64,000 bases of DNA from a virus (lineage: Duplodnaviria; Heunggongvirae; Uroviricota; Caudoviricetes): the IMG/VR virus record IMGVR_UViG_3300025769_000070; one strand, written 5' to 3'. The notes beneath the pieces were generated by a model. That model worked only from the letters and a program-made list of their open reading frames with translations. It was not told the DNA's origin and made no database searches. The position numbers and the translations under genes were made by a program. Below are positions 63,122-64,000 of the stretch, in pieces; position 1 is the first letter of the stretch, and each line of letters starts with the position of its first letter.

Positions 63122-64000
63122 TTAATAATTCCTGCATCTTTCTGCATCGTTAGGAGACATTAAGTCATAGAATCTAGACATTTCGGCAATTCCGTATTCT
63201 AATGTATAGTTTGGTCTATATCCTAAATTATAAAGTTTACCACTAGACACATTATAATCACGTTTGTCAGGATCAGTCCTATCTGTAACAACAGAGTAGG
63301 TAGCACCAAGTTCTTTACAGACTAATTTGACTAATTCCATTTTAGTAGTATTTAGATTGTCATTACCTAAATTATAGACCTGTCCTTTCATATACCTTTG
63401 TTCTTCAATAGCAAAGTCAAACCCTCTTACAATATCCTTGACGTGTATATAGTTACGTCTAAATTGAGGATCAAAGACAGTAATATTTCCTTCTTCTTGT
63501 GCTACTTTTACTAAATTATTCACCAACAGATCTGTACGCGGTCTATAAGACCATCCGAATACAGTGGCTAATCTAAAACATACTGTATTTCGATATCCGC
63601 TAATAAGCGTATCTTCTGCCGCCTGTTTTGTCCTAGCATATAAAGAAAGAGGGTTTGATGGAGTTTCTTCTGTACATATTTCCTCTCCAGTAGAACCATA
63701 GCCAGAATTAGTGTTAGGGTATATAACTAACTGATTATTCAAATAAGGAATTAGTTCAGAAAACCAATCCTGATTTAAAGCTTTTGTAACGTATTGATAC
63801 TTATCGCATAGTGGTGCTCCAACTAAAGCCGCTAATGGAATAATTACATCGGATGTCTTAATATGATGTATTAAGTTATCAGACCAATTAGTAACATCTT
63901 CTATATAAAGTTTGCCACCTTTATCACAAAAAACACTACTTACTAATGTCCCCTGATCATACCATAGATTATCAAATCCTACAACTTCATTACCCATAGA
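63122..64000 (-). CDS. NAD-dependent sugar epimerase/dehydratase (extended SDR), 5' end beyond window
   Basis: Catalytic LYARTKQAAE (YxxxK). Typical epimerase C-terminal region. The ORF runs off the window edge. Confidence 0.7.
   Translation of the reverse strand, partial: SMGNEVVGFDNLWYDQGTLVSSVFCDKGGKLYIEDVTNWSDNLIHHIKTSDVIIPLAALVGAPLCDKYQYVTKALNQDWFSELIPYLNNQLVIYPNTNSGYGSTGEEICTEETPSNPLSLYARTKQAAEDTLISGYRNTVCFRLATVFGWSYRPRTDLLVNNLVKVAQEEGNITVFDPQFRRNYIHVKDIVRGFDFAIEEQRYMKGQVYNLGNDNLNTTKMELVKLVCKELGATYSVVTDRTDPDKRDYNVSSGKLYNLGYRPNYTLEYGIAEMSRFYDLMSPNDAERCRNY

Overview
The window is a contiguous segment of a tailed bacteriophage genome, with AT-rich structural modules (about 35% GC by eye).

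(1) 1–37.1 kb: a minus-strand late operon, read right to left.
- Near the terminase: an HNH endonuclease, an ERCC4-type nuclease, a membrane-anchored Hjc-like nuclease, GDP-mannose 4,6-dehydratase and a sigma-like factor.
- Head module: a terminase large subunit split by a LAGLIDADG intein in its P-loop, portal, scaffold/protease-like protein, decoration-like protein and major capsid protein.
- A free-standing Vsr/DUF559-type (HEF-like) homing endonuclease sits between the head and tail modules.
- Tail module: a Ser-rich repeat protein, two paralogous tail fibres with baseplate-like proteins, tail structural proteins, chaperone-position genes, and a giant tape-measure protein (more than 2,240 aa, truncated by the window edge).

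(2) 37.1–50 kb: a compositionally distinct (roughly 50% GC) plus-strand early module of many small ORFs.
- At least 10 near-consensus sigma70-type promoters, all with a 16-nt spacer and several sharing extended conserved sequence.
- A CsrA homologue, a DUF932-like protein, an HExxH protein, and an HNH gene flanked by direct palindromic repeats.
- Four copies of a conserved intergenic stem-loop/GGA-rich leader element, GC hairpin terminators, a tRNA-Leu(UAA) and degenerate tRNA-like elements.

(3) 50–60.3 kb: plus-strand middle genes, including an ATP-dependent DNA ligase. Two extraordinary arrays of about 125 and 30 copies of a 12-bp tandem repeat sit here, punctuated by a conserved 25-bp motif.

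(4) 60.4–64 kb: a minus-strand nucleotide-sugar cluster with a HIGH-motif nucleotidyltransferase, HAD phosphatase, GHMP sugar kinase, MTA-nucleosidase-like protein and an NAD-dependent epimerase/dehydratase.

The top novelty candidates are the punctuated 12-bp repeat arrays (mini-ORF array versus protein-binding-site array) and the phage CsrA with its cognate repeated leader elements.
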